The notes under the pieces are model-generated. The model searched no databases, had not been told where the DNA came from, and saw only the letters and a program-made list of their open reading frames with translations. This document shows positions 62,000 to 64,000 of a DNA stretch of 64,000 bases, piece by piece. Each line of letters starts with the position of its first letter. Within the stretch, counting starts at the first letter, position 1. Position numbers and translations under genes: made by a program. Origin of the DNA: the human T2T-CHM13v2.0 reference genome, Homo sapiens. The DNA lies in NCBI RefSeq assembly GCF_009914755.1, contig NC_060929.1; one strand, written 5' to 3'.

Positions 62000-62403
62000 C
62001 TGCCTCTTCCAGTTCTGAGACAGCAAGACCAACCCTTCCTCTTCCTCCTCTTCCTCAGGGTACTCAGTTTGAAGACAAGGAAGATGAAGACCTTTATGAT
62101 GATTCACTGCCACTTCATGAATAGTAAATACTCCCTTCTTTGTTTTTCTCAATAGCATTTCCTTTTCTCTAGCTTCCTTTATTGTAAGAATACAGCACAT
62201 TATATATATATATAAACATATAAAATATATATATATATAAACATATAAAATACATGTTAATCAACTGTTTGTTACCAATAAGGCTTCTGATCAAAACTAG
62301 GCTATTAGTAGTTAAGGTTTTGGAGAGTCAAAATTGATATGCAGATTTTCAAATGCATGGGAATTTGGCGCCTCCAACCTCTATGTTGTTCAAGGGTCAA
62401 TTG
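62000..62403 (+). mobile_element. Tigger2a (MER28) 3' part
   Basis: ctgagacagcaagaccaacccttcctcttcctcctcttcctcag...gatgaagacctttatgatgat...gttgttcaagggtcaattg followed by TA. Confidence 0.9.
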
Positions 62404-63699
62404 TATTTATGCAGTGAAGATGGACTAGGCAGCCTTTTAGTTCTGCCTCCCTCACTCTTAAACTGCAATCCTACTAATAATGTTCAAATTGTTCAAACCT
62501 CATCTTAGTGTCAATTTAGTGAAACAGTATATTTTCCATCCTTTTCTATAATTATGCCATAATAGTAGGTATATTATATATAGAAGGTTGCAATACTTGC
62601 TTGAAAACATAAGGAAATTCTTTTCAGTTGACAAAGGCAGGAATTGAAAGAGAAAAATTAATTCCCTAGGTTTTAAAATTAGCAAACAAACAATAATTTA
62701 TATATTTGAAGATTTTTAATTTTACTGTCTTAGATTTTAATATTACTACTAATCAAAGTCACCTTCCATTCTCTTCAGTTGCCAACTTAAGCAATTTGTA
62801 ATAGTGGGCTTATGTCGCAATTAGACTTCTTTCTTTGCTCTTCTGTTTTACAATTGGATACCATATGTGAAGGAGCATATTCAATTTTGAAAAACCTGTT
62901 TGTTTACAATTCAAGCCAAGTGCAATCTTCACTAATTGCTTTAAATTATTCTACAATAAGGAGGTTTTAAAATGTTGGTCCCAATATGTGGTTAATGTGA
63001 AAAGTTAAAATGAAAGTTTAATATAAGATCTATCTACGCTTTAATCCAGAAATAATTACCCCTTGATATTTACAAAGAACAATACAAAATTAACCCTAAA
63101 ACACAGTTTCAGGTTTGAAGAAAAGAATAATAAAAAAATAGTGTGTATTAGAAACAGTAAATCAAAGCTAATGAAGCAACATTAGCACTTTTATGTTGTA
63201 GGTTCTAATTAGAAAGTCTGTTAATGAAATTGGGGCATTTACTTAATTGCTGTGAACAATTATTTTCAAATTAAGCTTGGCAATTAAATAGCATGATTAA
63301 GCTTGGAATAGTGGATTTAGGTAGGGGTTTTGTAACTATTTTGTATGCTGTATTATGTATGGCAGTTTAAGCTCTGGATATGTGCTGATTAACAAATGTA
63401 AATGGCATGCAGTACTTCTTGGTCTTGGCTATTTTTGCGAAGATGTTTCCTATTGCCTTAAATACTTGCCTTGCACAGTAGCTTCTAACTACTGGAACCC
63501 AAACCAACAACCTGCCCCACTTAACTTAAATAGATATTTTTTTCCTTCCCATAAATGTCAAACTTCCTGAAATAAGCTTGTACATTTATAGGCTGCATTC
63601 GCATCCCTTTCATTTAGCACTTTAACTCTTGCTCCCAGTCTTCAGTGCTATCACAAATAGTACTAATTGTCACAACATAAATGTGTCAGATTGATTCAT

Positions 63700-63860
63700 T
63701 ATTAGTAAATTATTTGATCCTTAATTATAACCTTTGGGAAAGTTGTTATTAGCATTTTTATTTCCCAAATAAAACTGAGGATCAGAAAGACTTTTTCTAA
63801 AACCTTTTCAAAGCAACCCAGTTGCTAAATGGCAGGATAGGAATTTGAACATAAATTCAC
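63700..63860 (-). mobile_element. MIR
   Basis: aaaactgaggatcagaaag...acccagttgctaaatggcaggataggaatttgaac. Confidence 0.7.
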
Positions 63861-64000
63861 TTATGGCAACCCCCGTGTATCTTCTACATAATGGAGTTTC
63901 TTCTCTTTATGTCCACAAATGCAGTTCATTGCTTGGTATTTGATACTGCTGACCACACTCTCACTGGGAAATTTCCTTGGCTTTCAAATTACCATTATAC

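Overview
AT-rich, repeat-dense primate (human-like) genomic DNA with no recognisable protein-coding exon, structural RNA gene or CRISPR array. About 23 kb is four long LINE-1 copies: a minus-strand L1PA8-12-era element running off the left edge, a full-length minus-strand L1PA10-like copy, a full-length plus-strand L1PA6/7 and a 5'-complete but internally deleted L1MC1-like copy. The rest contains about 16 Alus or Alu fragments, many solo LTRs (THE1, MST, MLT1, MER21, MER34, MER50, LTR41 and others), DNA transposon relics (MER1A, MER33, MER5, MER47, MER58A, Tigger2a), MIR/L2 fragments and microsatellites. The recognisable ORFs in the supplied track are L1/Alu/LTR remnants; the rest look like chance frames. 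I find no convincing new multi-gene system. The best leads are: (1) a 35-bp-arm hairpin at 21365-21440 whose two mismatches both become G-U pairs on the minus strand; (2) a tail-to-tail AluSp fusion marking a ~1.8 kb deletion (59138-59483); (3) an L1 ORF0-like frame reopened by a CpG-decay ATG (44063-44257); (4) a ~144-bp dispersed duplication with a fold-back junction (41465-42552); (5) a candidate spliced ncRNA leaving the 5' end of an L1 (37361-40960). Subfamily names come from my recall of consensus sequences and need RepeatMasker/Dfam confirmation.
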